Below are positions 24,694 to 39,262 of a stretch of DNA of 64,000 nt, piece by piece. The stretch is taken from the NCBI GenBank assembly GCA_965655095.1, contig OZ296650.1, forward strand, positions 24,800,001 to 24,864,000. The letters are read 5' to 3'. The notes below the pieces were generated by a model that was not told where the DNA came from, ran no database searches, and worked only from the letters and a program-made list of their open reading frames with translations. Numbering within the stretch: position 1 is the first letter of the stretch; each line of letters begins with the position of its first letter. The DNA comes from Haplodiscus bocki (taxonomy: Eukaryota). Made by a program: the position numbers and the translations under genes.

Positions 24694-27070
24694 ATGGCAG
24701 CGCACGCACATTCAACGGTTTGGTTTCTCTTCCAAAAGACGGAGGAATTTCAATGGACAACTGGACCGACTTTGAGTCCTTGTTTCGAATGATAGTTGAT
24801 GTTACAGGAATCCAAGCAAAATCAAAAAGTAGGATTCTTGAAGCTTCATTTGAAAGTTTCAGCATTACAATTTTTCCACACATTAGATGCGAACACAAGA
24901 GCAGACTTAGAGTTAACAATCGCAGCATTGAAAAACCATTTTTGCCCCCCGAATTTGTGGGAAATTCATTATATCAACTTCGAAAACACGAAATTTAACC
25001 ACAAAACTGAGTCTCCTGGAGAATTTCTGGCAAAACTTCGAAATTTAGCGATGAAAGCTTATCCAACAGTAGTAGATCTGTCAGTAGCATCGGTTGATGT
25101 ACTGTAGTAGGTGACCAAGACAGTTTTGATCGGTAAAGGAGAGAAAAGGATGATAGGAGAGATTTTGCTCAAATGGAACGAGAAACAAATAACTAGATTG
25201 ATAAAAAAAGGGACGCCGATTTTTATACGACTTAAACTTTTAGAGTTACGGGAAACTGCCACAATCCATTAATTGTGCTCAAAAGCCAGACAAAAACTGA
25301 TTTTGAGAGAGTTATGCCCAGTAGATGATTGTTCTAGAGATGGATTGAAGGAAATGAGTACAGACAGTTCAGAAAATTTCCTAGCGGTCCGGACCAAAAT
25401 GACAAAAACTGAAAATTTTCATGGAAATAGAATTAACTCATTGAAAAAATTAGTCAGCCATAACAAGGCACATCGAGCCAAACACAATCCAAATTTTCAG
25501 CAACCAACAGAAATGGAGAGGAAATTCTAGACGATGCTTTCAATCTTCAAATTCGTGAAAACAAGGGGATATTATAATAATAAAGGATCGAATAACTACC
25601 AGAACCAAAATCAAAATGAAGGAAGATACGGGAACAATTTCAGAGGGAACTTTAGAGAATAATTATAGAGGAAACAATTACAGGGGGAACAATCGTGGAA
25701 ATAATTCAATGGCAACAGGAATAACAATTTTCAGCAATATGATAATCAAAACGCTGAAACGACTTTAAACACAGGAAATGTGGAAGGACACATTGCGACG
25801 GCAGCTTTTTCGGAGAGTTTGCTAATCACGTGATTAGCGTAATCACATATCGAAAAATTGTGAAGCGAGAGGCAGAAGCAGCTCACGAGGTGGACAAATT
25901 CCGTTCAACTCGCAGTCAACAAACTAATAACGCCACACACGTCAGACAGTCCAGAAGCCTCTAACATTTTAAGTTCACTGCCATACACTGAGAGTCATCA
26001 TCTGAATGTTTTATCACCAAAAATAGATTAAACCACAGTCAGCTTGAAGAAAACCCAATTTTTAATATAAACGAAGCTCCGGTTCCTGCAGATTTCGAAT
26101 TGAACGCGGGCATTACCCTTGAAGGAGAAAATTGAATTATTTACCTTTAATATTTGAGAATGATGTCATAAGCAAAGCAATAATCGAGACAGGAGCGTGT
26201 GCTAAAGCCATTGCGGTCGTTTTGTGTGAAAACTGATAGAAACGTCACCGATTTCCCTCTCAGATTTGAAGCAAGCTTCTTTTTTAAGTGTCAAAGTGGC
26301 ATGAGGACGCAATGTGAAAGTCCTTGGTCACATTGACGTTCAATTCAAAATTAATGAGAATGAATTTGAAGATACCTTCCTAATACTTCTTTCAGTGAAC
26401 AGTGTTGTCTTAGGCAACCCATTCTTTCGTAAATACAGTTTTGAAATTGGCCCGGGAGAAAAAAAACTCAAACTGCCAGAATTGACTTACGAATTGAATG
26501 AAATAAAAGCTCTCAATGAAGGTCGCAAAACGATTCCTAAACGACATTACCGACTTGTGATGAGCCAGAAAGTCATAATCAAGCCCCAGCATCAGGAAAG
26601 TTTACAGACAAAAGTAGATTTTAGTAAAATCTTTGAATGACTTACTGGAATGATAATCCCAGATGATGATCTCGAAAATAGTACAGAATTTAGACTTCCA
26701 TCCTTTGTTGTCACAGTTGGAAAAGACAACATGGTTTTAATTTTTGCAATCAAATTGAATGATCACGCTATAAATTTCACAAAAAAACAAACTATTAGGC
26801 GTTTCCCAATTTCCCCTCTCCGCAAGGAGAAAATAATTGAAATCGGACCAGATTTTCTGGCACTCGAGAAAATGAAAGATGGAGAAGTTTTCCGAGAAAT
26901 TTATGAACTTTTGCTGATGGGAAAAACAGGAGGAAGACAACCTAAACGCCCTCCCTTGAAAATGATAAATTTTGGTTTCCCCAACCAGAAAACTGTCAAA
27001 ATCCTGATCACCTGCCTACCTGACAGTGGAAAATTTCTCATAACATAGTTGAATCGCAAAAACGTGATGT
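24694..27070 (+). pseudogene. gag + protease + dUTPase-like region, truncated by the duplication junction (copy 1)
   Basis: Gag-like FLKLHLKVSALQFFHTL...ESPGEFLAKLRNLAMKAYP, an N/G-rich tract, a decayed Zn knuckle, and protease site KAIIETGAC (D to E, ~26175). Confidence 0.85.
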
Positions 27071-28646
27071 GTCTTTTATCAATGAAAGAATTTTTAACTT
27101 CTTTATGAAACCAAGGTGGTACACACTTTTTTAAATCACATTGCTCTACAGAACTGCATCGTTCATCTTTATTTTGTATTGATTTTGGAAAGACTTCAGT
27201 TTGGTAAATAACCTCATCATAGAGATTCGGCATTATCAGTTTCTTTGAAATTAATTCTGAACAAAATTGTCTTGCATTTTCATTGTGAACGGAATGAAAA
27301 ACTTCAGATAAATTTCCAGTGTCATCTTAATGCTTACAAGGGAAAATCTATTTCAAGAAAGTAACAGTGCTCAGTTTTATCAGTGCAAAGTATACCACAG
27401 TCAGGACAGGAATTGACGATGAAGTATAAGATCGATTAGAGTTGTTGACTCTAGTGAATCGTGTTGCAGTGGCGCTAGTAGTTGCATCTTTCCGTTATAC
27501 AGCAGTAAATTAGAATGAATACCGGACGAAATGTTTTGTTTCGGAAGATCGATATTGAAAGCGCCTTCAAAAAAATTGGGAGCTCCTTAACTTGGAATTG
27601 TCATTTAGAAACATTTCAAACTCTTTAAAAAACAACAGAAGTTTTGAAAGAAGGAGAGTTGTACATGCAAACCGCCAGGAAACAATGGTGGTTTTTTTCG
27701 TTGTCTCAATAGTTTTAAGACATAGGTTTGCTATAGTGCATACAACCTCATGTTGTGTAGATTCAAGCTCCTGAACGTTTACACCTTCATTTCTATTGAA
27801 TCAAGGTAAAAATATTGGGGGTAAGTATTTGTTTAAGAGTCAAATTTTAAATTCAATAACATTTTGTATCCATGCTCCGGATAAACTTTTGATTTTTCGA
27901 TCTAATGTCGCCAAAAGTTTCCCAATGAAGCTCTAAATTAAAAGTTTCCACAGCGAATGATTTTTGGGGCGAAAAATCAATCCATTGCCTTCTAGACTGG
28001 TCTCAGTGTATCTTTCAAATTTCCTTTTCAGTTGGTGTTTTCAGCTGGGGTCAATATATTTTACGAGCCCCCTACCGAAAATGCTCAAAGCTGTTACATA
28101 CAGAATCAACGTGTTTTTCATCTCATGTACGTAGATCAACGAAAAAAATCAAAAATTTATCTTCCGGCGGTGGACATTGTTAAAACTTCTTCCTCGTTGA
28201 ACTTATCAACATACTTGACGTCGGGGCGCTGGCGAAGGGCTCTTGCCAGTTTTGCAAGCAAAAGTGTGACATCGTCATCAATGTATTTTTTGAATCAGTT
28301 TTTTGAATTTTTTTATGGATCATAACGCAAAATTTAGTTTCACGTCGGACAAGCTTTGGAATTATTGGGCGTTGTCCTGGGTTTATGGAGGACAAGCAAT
28401 GACGGACACTGATATCTTGTTGGGATAGCGTCACTTCGATATCGTTTGTTACCTTTAACAGACGCTCATATATCTAATCAGTCATCCCCTCAAACCCAAA
28501 AATTCGGATGTCTAGACGACCATTTTGCTCATTCGAATCTGCTTAAACTAAACTCGTATTGTCGGCGTTATTTGAAGGTGGCGATGTTTTGCCCTCTTCA
28601 AACTCCGATACAGCGCCAAAACCACATACTTATGGGCGATTCATGA
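27071..28646 (-). mobile_element. Duplicated 5' half of the CR1/L2-like LINE (copy 2)
   Basis: Near-identical to 19785-21360. Confidence 0.8.
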
Positions 28647-29758
28647 AGTTTCTTGATATGCTCAGGCAACCATTTAGATGTCCACGCAACACTCTTTGCC
28701 GTCCGGACCATTCCCAGTCCATTGAATGAGATAGATTTACCCATCATTATTGCTTTCTTTGTCTGTCACAGATTTTTGCCGGCTTTGGTGGCCATCTTTC
28801 ATTGAGTATCTTTTTAAGTATCTCAATAATTAGGCTGTTGCTTTGTCGTAGTATGCTCACAGTCTTGAACTGAAAGCACGATGTCTCCTGTTTACAGCTC
28901 TGTAAATGAGATTTCAGGTTCGAAAGCTTCTCACGTTGCATTTCATCTAGAGAGTCGGCGGCAGTGGCAACAATTTTTGTTTCTGGTCACTGGCCAATGG
29001 GAGTTAAACTGGGTCGAATCCTCTCATGTAGCAGTTACTGGTGCTTTACATTTCAGCCATTTTTTGGTAAAGTTACTGGCTTATAACTGGAGTGTTAGCT
29101 GTTCCCCTGTTTTACCACGAACACATGAGGGCAAGCTAAGCCTAGGACTGATGAAGAAATATGACACTCTGCACGGCTACGGATCCTGACGTGGAGTTCT
29201 GAAATAATCACGAGTTCTGCGAATGCAATTGAATGGGGGTAGGGTTTAGGCCGTTGTCCTCCAGCCCTGTTTCCAGTGCCTCCGAACCGGTTTTTCGCAG
29301 CTGGTTTGTTGCTACTACCGAGGTTACTTCAGGTGGTTGAATACAATAGTCAATCCTTGAAAAGTTTTTTCCTGAGCAATTTCCATTTTTTTCATCTTTT
29401 GTTCCCTTGTGAAGCCATGAGCAACTCGTCCCGAGATGTGATCGACCTACATTATCACTTCCATTTGATTGATCCCTGCATTTTTTTTCTGTTAAAGTGT
29501 GGTGTTCTAGTTTGCCCCAGGGAGGACATGCCCATGAAAATTGAGTTGTCTGGCAGTGACTATCATCCGGAGGTCTCCTTTGCCTGATGCTTCGATGCTC
29601 GTTTTAGAAATCAGGAAGTTTGCTCCATTCGTCTCATGGCTCACATTTGAGAAAGACGGATCCTTTAATTATATAAAAAACGTTCCATTAATTAGAAGGG
29701 CACCGAAAATTCAGATTTGCCTGATGTTTTTCAGATTTATTATCGTTTTTCTGGAGAC

Positions 29759-29969
29759 ATGGAGTCTTATCATATGTGGAGTGCAACTCTGAACAAAAGC
29801 AAGAAAGAGAAGCAATGGGTATCCAGCGAAGACGACAACCTACGAACACTCTGCTTGAGCAACATTTTTCTTGGAGAGCCTTCAACTACTGAACAAAACG
29901 TCGTGAAAGTCGAGTATGCAGACGTTGACGGTGAACCAGTTAACTGCACATTATGCATCTTGCAGAAAG
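29759..29969 (+). CDS. Nucleoplasmin-like coding exon, copy 2
   Basis: Same translation and splice signals as 22473-22683. Confidence 0.75.
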
Positions 29970-31022
29970 GTAATATTGGTTATTTAAATAATCGGTTTTT
30001 TTGTGGTCCAATTGTTTCATCTAGATTTTCGATTAGACGAAGTCTGAAGGTTTTTAGTTGACAAAATTTCACTCGTTAATTTTAGCAAGAATGTTGACTT
30101 CTAGGCAAGGCTAATAAATTGTACTTGAGTAATTTCAATTGCGATCATGATTGAAAAAAAAACGTTGCAATAAGTGTGTTTTATAGTTCATGAACAATAG
30201 ATATGTTTTTATACGAAAACATTCCAATAATTATTGCTTGTCAAATTTTTAAATTACACACATGAAAATGTGAAAATGAACCGTTAATAACGCGATTTAC
30301 TGTTTTTTGATCCCAAGTGTGATGATTGACTTTAGCTGTCAATCATGAGTGGCTCTTTAAAAGGCGCTTCTAAAGATCAATAGGTATAAAATAGCTTATG
30401 AAATCGGGGTTTGTCCCATACAAGAAGAGGAACATTGTTCAACTCCAGGCAACGAACTGCGTCCATCTCGTTTTCTCTCAGCTCCAATTCAAAATTTTCA
30501 CTGCGTTTTCGAAATTTGGATACTTTACAATCCCGGCAGTTTTTGAAAAGTGACAACTGTCCTCGTTGAAGTCAGCAAGTCTCAATGTTCTGTCGGAGAA
30601 CAACCTACAACGAAGTTTCCATCAAATTCACAAGTACCTGGCCAGCCACAGGGCACACCACGAACTTCCCGGAACAATGCGCCTTTCGGATTGCTCAGTC
30701 GAATCAACTCTTCAATGAGTTCTTCCTGCATGTTTATTACTCATCTTTAAGCAAAACAGCCTTGAACCAGTCACTCTCTGGTGAAATTAACCCTTTCTGT
30801 TGCTGAGAAAGGCTTTGTGGGCGGAGCTGCTGGACTGAAGCATGCAAAAACTACGGTACCTGACGGCCTATAGAAAGCTGTCCTAAAAAGCTAAAAAGTG
30901 CAGCAAAAGGTTGAGCAAAGTCACGTGTCTCAATTTTTGCGACCATCATAAACCACGGTATCTTCTCGAGAAAGTAATTTCCTTGTTGCCACCCAATCAG
31001 TTTACGACATTTCGAAACCTAG

Positions 31023-31750
31023 TGTAACATTGCATGTTATGCTGTAAACTAAAGCAGAAAAGACTCATCTAAGGAATGTGCGCATCAAAACTTATCTCTA
31101 AAGGAAATATGAACAAAACTTGAACTTCGCACTTTCGGGAATCTAAACGGCGCTATATTTAAGATAAACTACTCCCATTTATCATTAGGTTAAACATTGA
31201 TCTATTAAATAATGTATACTCTTTAATTTTTGACAATTAGATTTGAACGCTCTAGAAGAAAGTTGGTTTACTTAACTAACAAAATTTCTGCTTTGACGAG
31301 CTGTTGAGTTGAAGCTTGTAGCAAGTCGAATCGCGGGAACCTCGTATCCATCAGAGACATACTGTACCTGAAAATTCAGAAGGTATCAAAACCCGCTCTG
31401 GTATAAAGGAAGCAAAACTCGAAGTAAGAGCACATACATTAGATGGTGACAGTTCGGGTGCGACGACCAGCTACTTAGTAAAGACCAGCAGCTGCACAAG
31501 ACGTCTGGATCCACTGGTTGGTCTAAACAGTATAAGAAGGTTAGTATGATCTTGTCATTCAAAAATAGCCTAAATCGTAGAGACTAAAGGCCTACGTATC
31601 AAAAGAGGAAGACGCTTAACCTTATTCCAGCAGACGACAGACACCTATCTGGAACTACACTAATCCTAGAATGCAGGGAGCCGTAGTCCTTCTTTCCTGT
31701 CAGTCCTATTCTTAATCCCAACCTAGGAAGTTTAATTTAGATGCAGTAAA
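31023..31750 (+). repeat. 5' LTR, copy 2
   Basis: Copy of 23737-24464 with one visible substitution (AAATCGTAGAG). Confidence 0.93.
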
Positions 31751-31978
31751 TTGGTAGTTGCGCTCCGATTGTTCTCAGAAAGATTGTTTTCATCATTCAT
31801 CCTGAAACCACAGATTTTATAGGAAACGCTGGAGGACCTAATTTGGTAATAAGGCAGTAGTTGTGATTTTTCTTTTATTTTCACACATTACTTTCTGAAA
31901 CGGAATCAGTTCATTAGGCTTTCATCGTTTTGACATTTCTTGCGATTCAGATCGACGGACACTTGTTTTGAAAAAAAA

Positions 31979-34354
31979 ATGGCAGCGCACGCACATTCAA
32001 CGGTTTGGTTTCTCTTCCAAAAGACGGAGGAATTTCAATGGACAACTGGACCGACTTTGAGTCCTTGTTTCGAATGATAGTTGATGTTACAGGAATCCAA
32101 GCAAAATCAAAAAGTAGGATTCTTGAAGCTTCATTTGAAAGTTTCAGCATTACAATTTTTCCACACATTAGATGCGAACACAAGAGCAGACTTAGAGTTA
32201 ACAATCGCAGCATTGAAAAACCATTTTTGCCCCCCGAATTTGTGGGAAATTCATTATATCAACTTCGAAAACACGAAATTTAACCACAAAACTGAGTCTC
32301 CTGGAGAATTTCTGGCAAAACTTCGAAATTTAGCGATGAAAGCTTATCCAACAGTAGTAGATCTGTCAGTAGCATCGGTTGATGTACTGTAGTAGGTGAC
32401 CAAGACAGTTTTGATCGGTAAAGGAGAGAAAAGGATGATAGGAGAGATTTTGCTCAAATGGAACGAGAAACAAATAACTAGATTGATAAAAAAGGGACGC
32501 CGATTTTTATACGACTTAAACTTTTAGAGTTACGGGAAACTGCCACAATCCATTAATTGTGCTCAAAAGCCAGACAAAAACTGATTTTGAGAGAGTTATG
32601 CCCAGTAGATGATTGTTCTAGAGATGGATTGAAGGAAATGAGTACAGACAGTTCAGAAAATTTCCTAGCGGTCCGGACCAAAATGACAAAAACTGAAAAT
32701 TTTCATGGAAATAGAATTAACTCATTGAAAAAATTAGTCAGCCATAACAAGGCACATCGAGCCAAACACAATCCAAATTTTCAGCAACCAACAGAAATGG
32801 AGAGGAAATTCTAGACGATGCTTTCAATCTTCAAATTCGTGAAAACAAGGGGATATTATAATAATAAAGGATCGAATAACTACCAGAACCAAAATCAAAA
32901 TGAAGGAAGATACGGGAACAATTTCAGAGGGAACTTTAGAGAATAATTATAGAGGAAACAATTACAGGGGGAACAATCGTGGAAATAATTCAATGGCAAC
33001 AGGAATAACAATTTTCAGCAATATGATAATCAAAACGCTGAAACGACTTTAAACACAGGAAATGTGGAAGGACACATTGCGACGGCAGCTTTTTCGGAGA
33101 GTTTGCTAATCACGTGGTTAGCGTAATCACATATCGAAAAATTGTGAAGCGAGAGGCAGAAGCAGCTCACGAGGTGGACAAATTCCGTTCAACTCGCAGT
33201 CAACAAACTAATAACGCCACACACGTCAGACAGTCCAGAAGCCTCTAACATTTTAAGTTCACTGCCATACACTGAGAGTCATCATCTGAATGTTTTATCA
33301 CCAAAAATAGATTAAACCACAGTCAGCTTGAAGAAAACCCAATTTTTAATATAAACGAAGCTCCGGTTCCTGCAGATTTCGAATTGAACGCGGGCATTAC
33401 CCTTGAAGGAGAAAATTGAATTATTTACCTTTAATATTTGAGAATGATGTCATAAGCAAAGCAATAATCGAGACAGGAGCGTGTGCTAAAGCCATTGCGG
33501 TCGTTTTGTGTGAAAACTGATAGAAACGTCACCGATTTCCCTCTCAGATTTGAAGCAAGCTTCTTTTTTAAGTGTCAAAGTGGCATGAGGACGCAATGTG
33601 AAAGTCCTTGGTCACATTGACGTTCAATTCAAAATTAATGAGAATGAATTTGAAGATACCTTCCTAATACTTCTTTCAGTGAACAGTGTTGTCTTAGGCA
33701 ACCCATTCTTTCGTAAATACAGTTTTGAAATTGGCCCGGGAGAAAAAAAACTCAAACTGCCAGAATTGACTTACGAATTGAATGAAATAAAAGCTCTCAG
33801 TGAAGGTCGCAAAACGATTCCTAAACGACATTACCGACTTGTGATGAGCCAGAAAGTCATAATCAAGCCCCAGCATCAAGAAAGTTTACAGACAAAAGTA
33901 GATTTTAGTAAAATCTTTGAATGACTTACTGGAATGATAATCCCAGATGATGATCTCGAAAATAGTACAGAATTTAGACTTCCATCCTTTGTTGTCACAG
34001 TTGGAGAAGACAACATGGTTTTAATTTTTGCAATCAAATTGAATGATCACGCTATAAATTTCACAAAAAAACAAACTATTAGGCGTTTCCCAATTTCCCC
34101 TCTCCGCAAGGAGAAAATAATTGAAATCGGACCAGATTTTCTGGCACTCGAGAAAATGAAAGATGGAGAAGTTTTCCGAGAAATTTATGAACTTTTGCTG
34201 ATGGGAAAAACAGGAGGAAGACAACCTAAACGCCCTCCCTTGAAAATGATAAATTTTGGTTTCCCCAACCAGAAAACTGTCAAAATCCTGATCACCTGCC
34301 TACCTGACAGTGGAAAATTTCTCATAACATAGTTGAATCGCAAAAACGTGATGT
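31979..34354 (+). pseudogene. gag + protease + dUTPase-like region, truncated (copy 2)
   Basis: Copy of 24694-27070. Confidence 0.85.
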
Positions 34355-35930
34355 GTCTTTTATCAATGAAAGAATTTTTAACTTCTTTATGAAACCAAGG
34401 TGGTACACACTTTTTTAAATCACATTGCTCTACAGAACTGCATCGTTCATCTTTATTTTGTATTGATTTTGGAAAGACTTCAGTTTGGTAAATAACCTCA
34501 TCATAGAGATTCGGCATTATCAGTTTCTTTGAAATTAATTCTGAACAAAATTGTCTTGCATTTTCATTGTGAACGGAATGAAAAACTTCAGATAAATTTC
34601 CAGTGTCATCTTAATGCTTACAAGGGAAAATCTATTTCAAGAAAGTAACAGTGCTCAGTTTTATCAGTGCAAAGTATACCACAGTCAGGACAGGAATTGA
34701 CGATGAAGTATAAGATCGATTAGAGTTGTTGACTCTAGTGAATCGTGTTGCAGTGGCGCTAGTAGTTGCATCTTTCCGTTATACAGCAGTAAATTAGAAT
34801 GAATACCGGACGAAATGTTTTGTTTCGGAAGATCGATATTGAAAGCGCCTTCAAAAAAATGGGGAGCTCCTTAACTTGGAATTGTCATTTAGAAACATTT
34901 CAAACTCTTTAAAAAACAACAGAAGTTTTGAAAGAAGGAGAGTTGTACATGCAAACCGCCAGGAAACAATGGTGGTTTTTTTCGTTGTCTCAATAGTTTT
35001 AAGACATAGGTTTGCTATAGTGCATACAACCTCATGTTGTGTAGATTCAAGCTCCTGAACGTTTACACCTTCATTTCTATTGAATCAAGGTAAAAATATT
35101 GGGGGTAAGTATTTGTTTAAGAGTCAAATTTTAAATTCAATAACATTTTGTATCCATGCTCCGGATAAACTTTTGATTTTTCGATCTAATGTCGCCAAAA
35201 GTTTCCCAATGAAGCTCTAAATTAAAAGTTTCCACAGCGAATGATTTTTGGGGCGAAAAATCAATCCATTGCCTTCTAGACTGGTCTCAGTGTATCTTTC
35301 AAATTTCCTTTTCAGTTGGTGTTTTCAGCTGGGGTCAATATATTTTACGAGCCCCCTACCGAAAATGCTCAAAGCTGTTACATACAGAATCAACGTGTTT
35401 TTCATCTCATGTACGTAGATCAACGAAAAAAATCAAAAATTTATCTTCCGGCGGTGGACATTGTTAAAACTTCTTCCTCGTTGAACTTATCAACATACTT
35501 GACGTCGGGGCGCTGGCGAAGGGCTCTTGCCAGTTTTGCAAGCAAAAGTGTGACATCGTCATCAATGTATTTTTTGAATCAGTTTTTTGAATTTTTTTAT
35601 GGATCATAACGCAAAATTTAGTTTCACGTCGGACAAGCTTTGGAATTATTGGGCGTTGTCCTGGGTTTATGGAGGACAAGCAATGACGGACACTGATATC
35701 TTGTTGGGATAGCGTCACTTCGATATCGTTTGTTACCTTTAACAGACGCTCATATATCTAATCAGTCATCCCCTCAAACCCAAAAATTCGGATGTCACGA
35801 CGACCATTTTGCTCATTCGAATCTGCTTAAACTAAACTCGTATTGTCGGCGTTATTTGAAGGTGGCGATGTTTTGCCCTCTTCAAACTCCGATACAGCGC
35901 CAAAACCACATACTTAGGGGCGATTCATGA
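34355..35930 (-). mobile_element. Duplicated 5' half of the CR1/L2-like LINE (copy 3)
   Basis: Near-identical to 19785-21360. Confidence 0.8.
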
Positions 35931-37042
35931 AGTTTCTTGATATGCTCAGGCAACCATTTAGATGTCCACGCAACACTCTTTGCCGTCCGGACCATTCCCA
36001 GTCCATTGAATGAGATAGATTTACCCATCATTATTGCTTTCTTTGTCTGTCACAGATTTTTGCCGGCTTTGGTGGCCATCTTTCATTGAGTATCTTTTTA
36101 AGTATCTCAATAATTAGGCTGTTGCTTTGTCGTAGTATGCTCACAGTCTTGAACTGAAAGCACGATGTCTCCTGTTTACAGCTCTGTAAATGAGATTTCA
36201 GGTTCGAAAGCTTCTCACGTTGCATTTCATCTAGAGAGTCGGCGGCAGTGGCAACAATTTTTGTTTCTGGTCACTGGCCAATGGGAGTTAAACTGGGTCG
36301 AATCCTCTCATGTAGCAGTTACTGGTGCTTTACATTTCAGCCATTTTTTGGTAAAGTTACTGGCTTATAACTGGAGTGTTAGCTGTTCCCCTGTTTTACC
36401 ACGAACACATGAGGGCAAGCTAAGCCTAGGACTGATGAAGAAATATGACACTCTGCACGGCTACGGATCCTGACGTGGAGTTCTGAAATAATCACGAGTT
36501 CTGCGAATGCAATTGAATGGGGGTAGGGTTTAGGCCGTTGTCCTCCAGCCCTGTTTCCAGTGCCTCCGAACCGGTTTTTCGCAGCTGGTTTGTTGCTACT
36601 ACCGAGGTTACTTCAGGTGGTTGAATACAATAGTCAATCCTTGAAAAGTTTTTTCCTGAGCAATTTCCATTTTTTTCATCTTTTGTTCCCTTGTGAAGCC
36701 ATGAGCAACTCGTCCCGAGATGTGATCGACCTACATTATCACTTCCATTTGATTGATCCCTGCATTTTTTTTCTGTTAAAGTGTGGTGTTCTAGTTTGCC
36801 CCAGGGAGGACATGCCCATGAAAATTGAGTTGTCTGGCAGTGACTATCATCCGGAGGTCTCCTTTGCCTGATGCTTCGATGCTCGTTTTAGAAATCAGGA
36901 AGTTTGCTCCATTCGTCTCATGGCTCACATTTGAGAAAGACGGATCCTTTAATTATATAAAAAACGTTCCATTAATTAGAAGGGCACCGAAAATTCAGAT
37001 TTGCCTGATGTTTTTCAGATTTATTATCGTTTTTCTGGAGAC

Positions 37043-37253
37043 ATGGAGTCTTATCATATGTGGAGTGCAACTCTGAACAAAAGCAAGAAAGAGAAGCAAT
37101 GGGTATCCAGCGAAGACGACAACCTACGAACACTCTGCTTGAGCAACATTTTTCTTGGAGAGCCTTCAACTACTGAACAAAACGTCGTGAAAGTCGAGTA
37201 TGCAGACGTTGACGGTGAACCAGTTAACTGCACATTATGCATCTTGCAGAAAG
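37043..37253 (+). CDS. Nucleoplasmin-like coding exon, copy 3
   Basis: Same translation and splice signals as 22473-22683. Confidence 0.75.
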
Positions 37254-38306
37254 GTAATATTGGTTATTTAAATAATCGGTTTTTTTGTGGTCCAATTGTT
37301 TCATCTAGATTTTCGATTAGACGAAGTCTGAAGGTTTTTAGTTGACAAAATTTCACTCGTTAATTTTAGCAAGAATGTTGACTTCTAGGCAAGGCTAATA
37401 AATTGTACTTGAGTAATTTCAATTGCGATCATGATTGAAAAAAAAACGTTGCAATAAGTGTGTTTTATAGTTCATGAACAATAGATATGTTTTTATACGA
37501 AAACATTCCAATAATTATTGCTTGTCAAATTTTTAAATTACACACATGAAAATGTGAAAATGAACCGTTAATAACGCGATTTACTGTTTTTTGATCCCAA
37601 GTGTGATGATTGACTTTAGCTGTCAATCATGAGTGGCTCTTTAAAAGGCGCTTCTAAAGATCAATAGGTATAAAATAGCTTATGAAATCGGGGTTTGTCC
37701 CATACAAGAAGAGGAACATTGTTCAACTCCAGGCAACGAACTGCGTCCATCTCGTTTTCTCTCAGCTCCAATTCAAAATTTTCACTGCGTTTTCGAAATT
37801 TGGATACTTTACAATCCCGGCAGTTTTTGAAAAGTGACAACTGTCCTCGTTGAAGTCAGCAAGTCTCAATGTTCTGTCGGAGAACAACCTACAACGAAGT
37901 TTCCATCAAATTCACAAGTACCTGGCCAGCCACAGGGCACACCACGAACTTCCCGGAACAATGCGCCTTTCGGATTGCTCAGTCGAATCAACTCTTCAAT
38001 GAGTTCTTCCTGCATGTTTATTACTCATCTTTAAGCAAAACAGCCTTGAACCAGTCACTCTCTGGTGAAATTAACCCTTTCTGTTGCTGAGAAAGGCTTT
38101 GTGGGCGGAGCTACTGGACTGAAGCATGCAAAAACTACGGTACCTGACGGCCTATAGAAAGCTGTCCTAAAAAGCTAAAAAGTGCAGCAAAAGGTTGAGC
38201 AAAGTCACGTGTCTCAATTTTTGCGACCATCATAAACCACGGTATCTTCTCGAGAAAGTAATTTCCTTGTTGCCACCCAATCAGTTTACGACATTTCGAA
38301 ACCTAG

Positions 38307-39034
38307 TGTAACATTGCATGTTATGCTGTAAACTAAAGCAGAAAAGACTCATCTAAGGAATGTGCGCATCAAAACTTATCTCTAAAGGAAATATGAACAA
38401 AACTTGAACTTCGCACTTTCGGGAATCTAAACGGCGCTATATTTAAGATAAACTACTCCCATTTATCATTAGGTTAAACATTGATCTATTAAATAATGTA
38501 TACTCTTTAATTTTTGACAATTAGATTTGAACGCTCTAGAAGAAAGTTGGTTTACTTAACTAACAAAATTTCTGCTTTGACGAGCTGTTGAGTTGAAGCT
38601 TGTAGCAAGTCGAATCGCGGGAACCTCGTATCCATCAGAGACATACTGTACCTGAAAATTCAGAAGGTATCAAAACCCGCTCTGGTATAAAGGAAGCAAA
38701 ACTCGAAGTAAGAGCACATACATTAGATGGTGACAGTTCGGGTGCGACGACCAGCTACTTAGTAAAGACCAGCAGCTGCACAAGACGTCTGGATCCACTG
38801 GTTGGTCTAAACAGTATAAGAAGGTTAGTATGATCTTGTCATTCAAAAATAGCCTAAATCCTAGAGACTAAAGGCCTACGTATCAAAAGAGGAAGACGCT
38901 TAACCTTATTCCAGCAGACGACAGACACCTATCTGGAACTACACTAATCCTAGAATGCAGGGAGCCGTAGTCCTTCTTTCCTGTCAGTCCTATTCTTAAT
39001 CCCAACCTAGGAAGTTTAATTTAGATGCAGTAAA
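38307..39034 (+). repeat. 5' LTR, copy 3 (contiguous with the complete internal region)
   Basis: Copy of 23737-24464. Confidence 0.93.
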
Positions 39035-39262
39035 TTGGTAGTTGCGCTCCGATTGTTCTCAGAAAGATTGTTTTCATCATTCATCCTGAAACCACAGATT
39101 TTATAGGAAACGCTGGAGGACCTAATTTGGTAATAAGGCAGTAGTTGTGATTTTTCTTTTATTTTCACACATTACTTTCTGAAACGGAATCAGTTCATTA
39201 GGCTTTCATCGTTTTGACATTTCTTGCGATTCAGATCGACGGACACTTGTTTTGAAAAAAAA

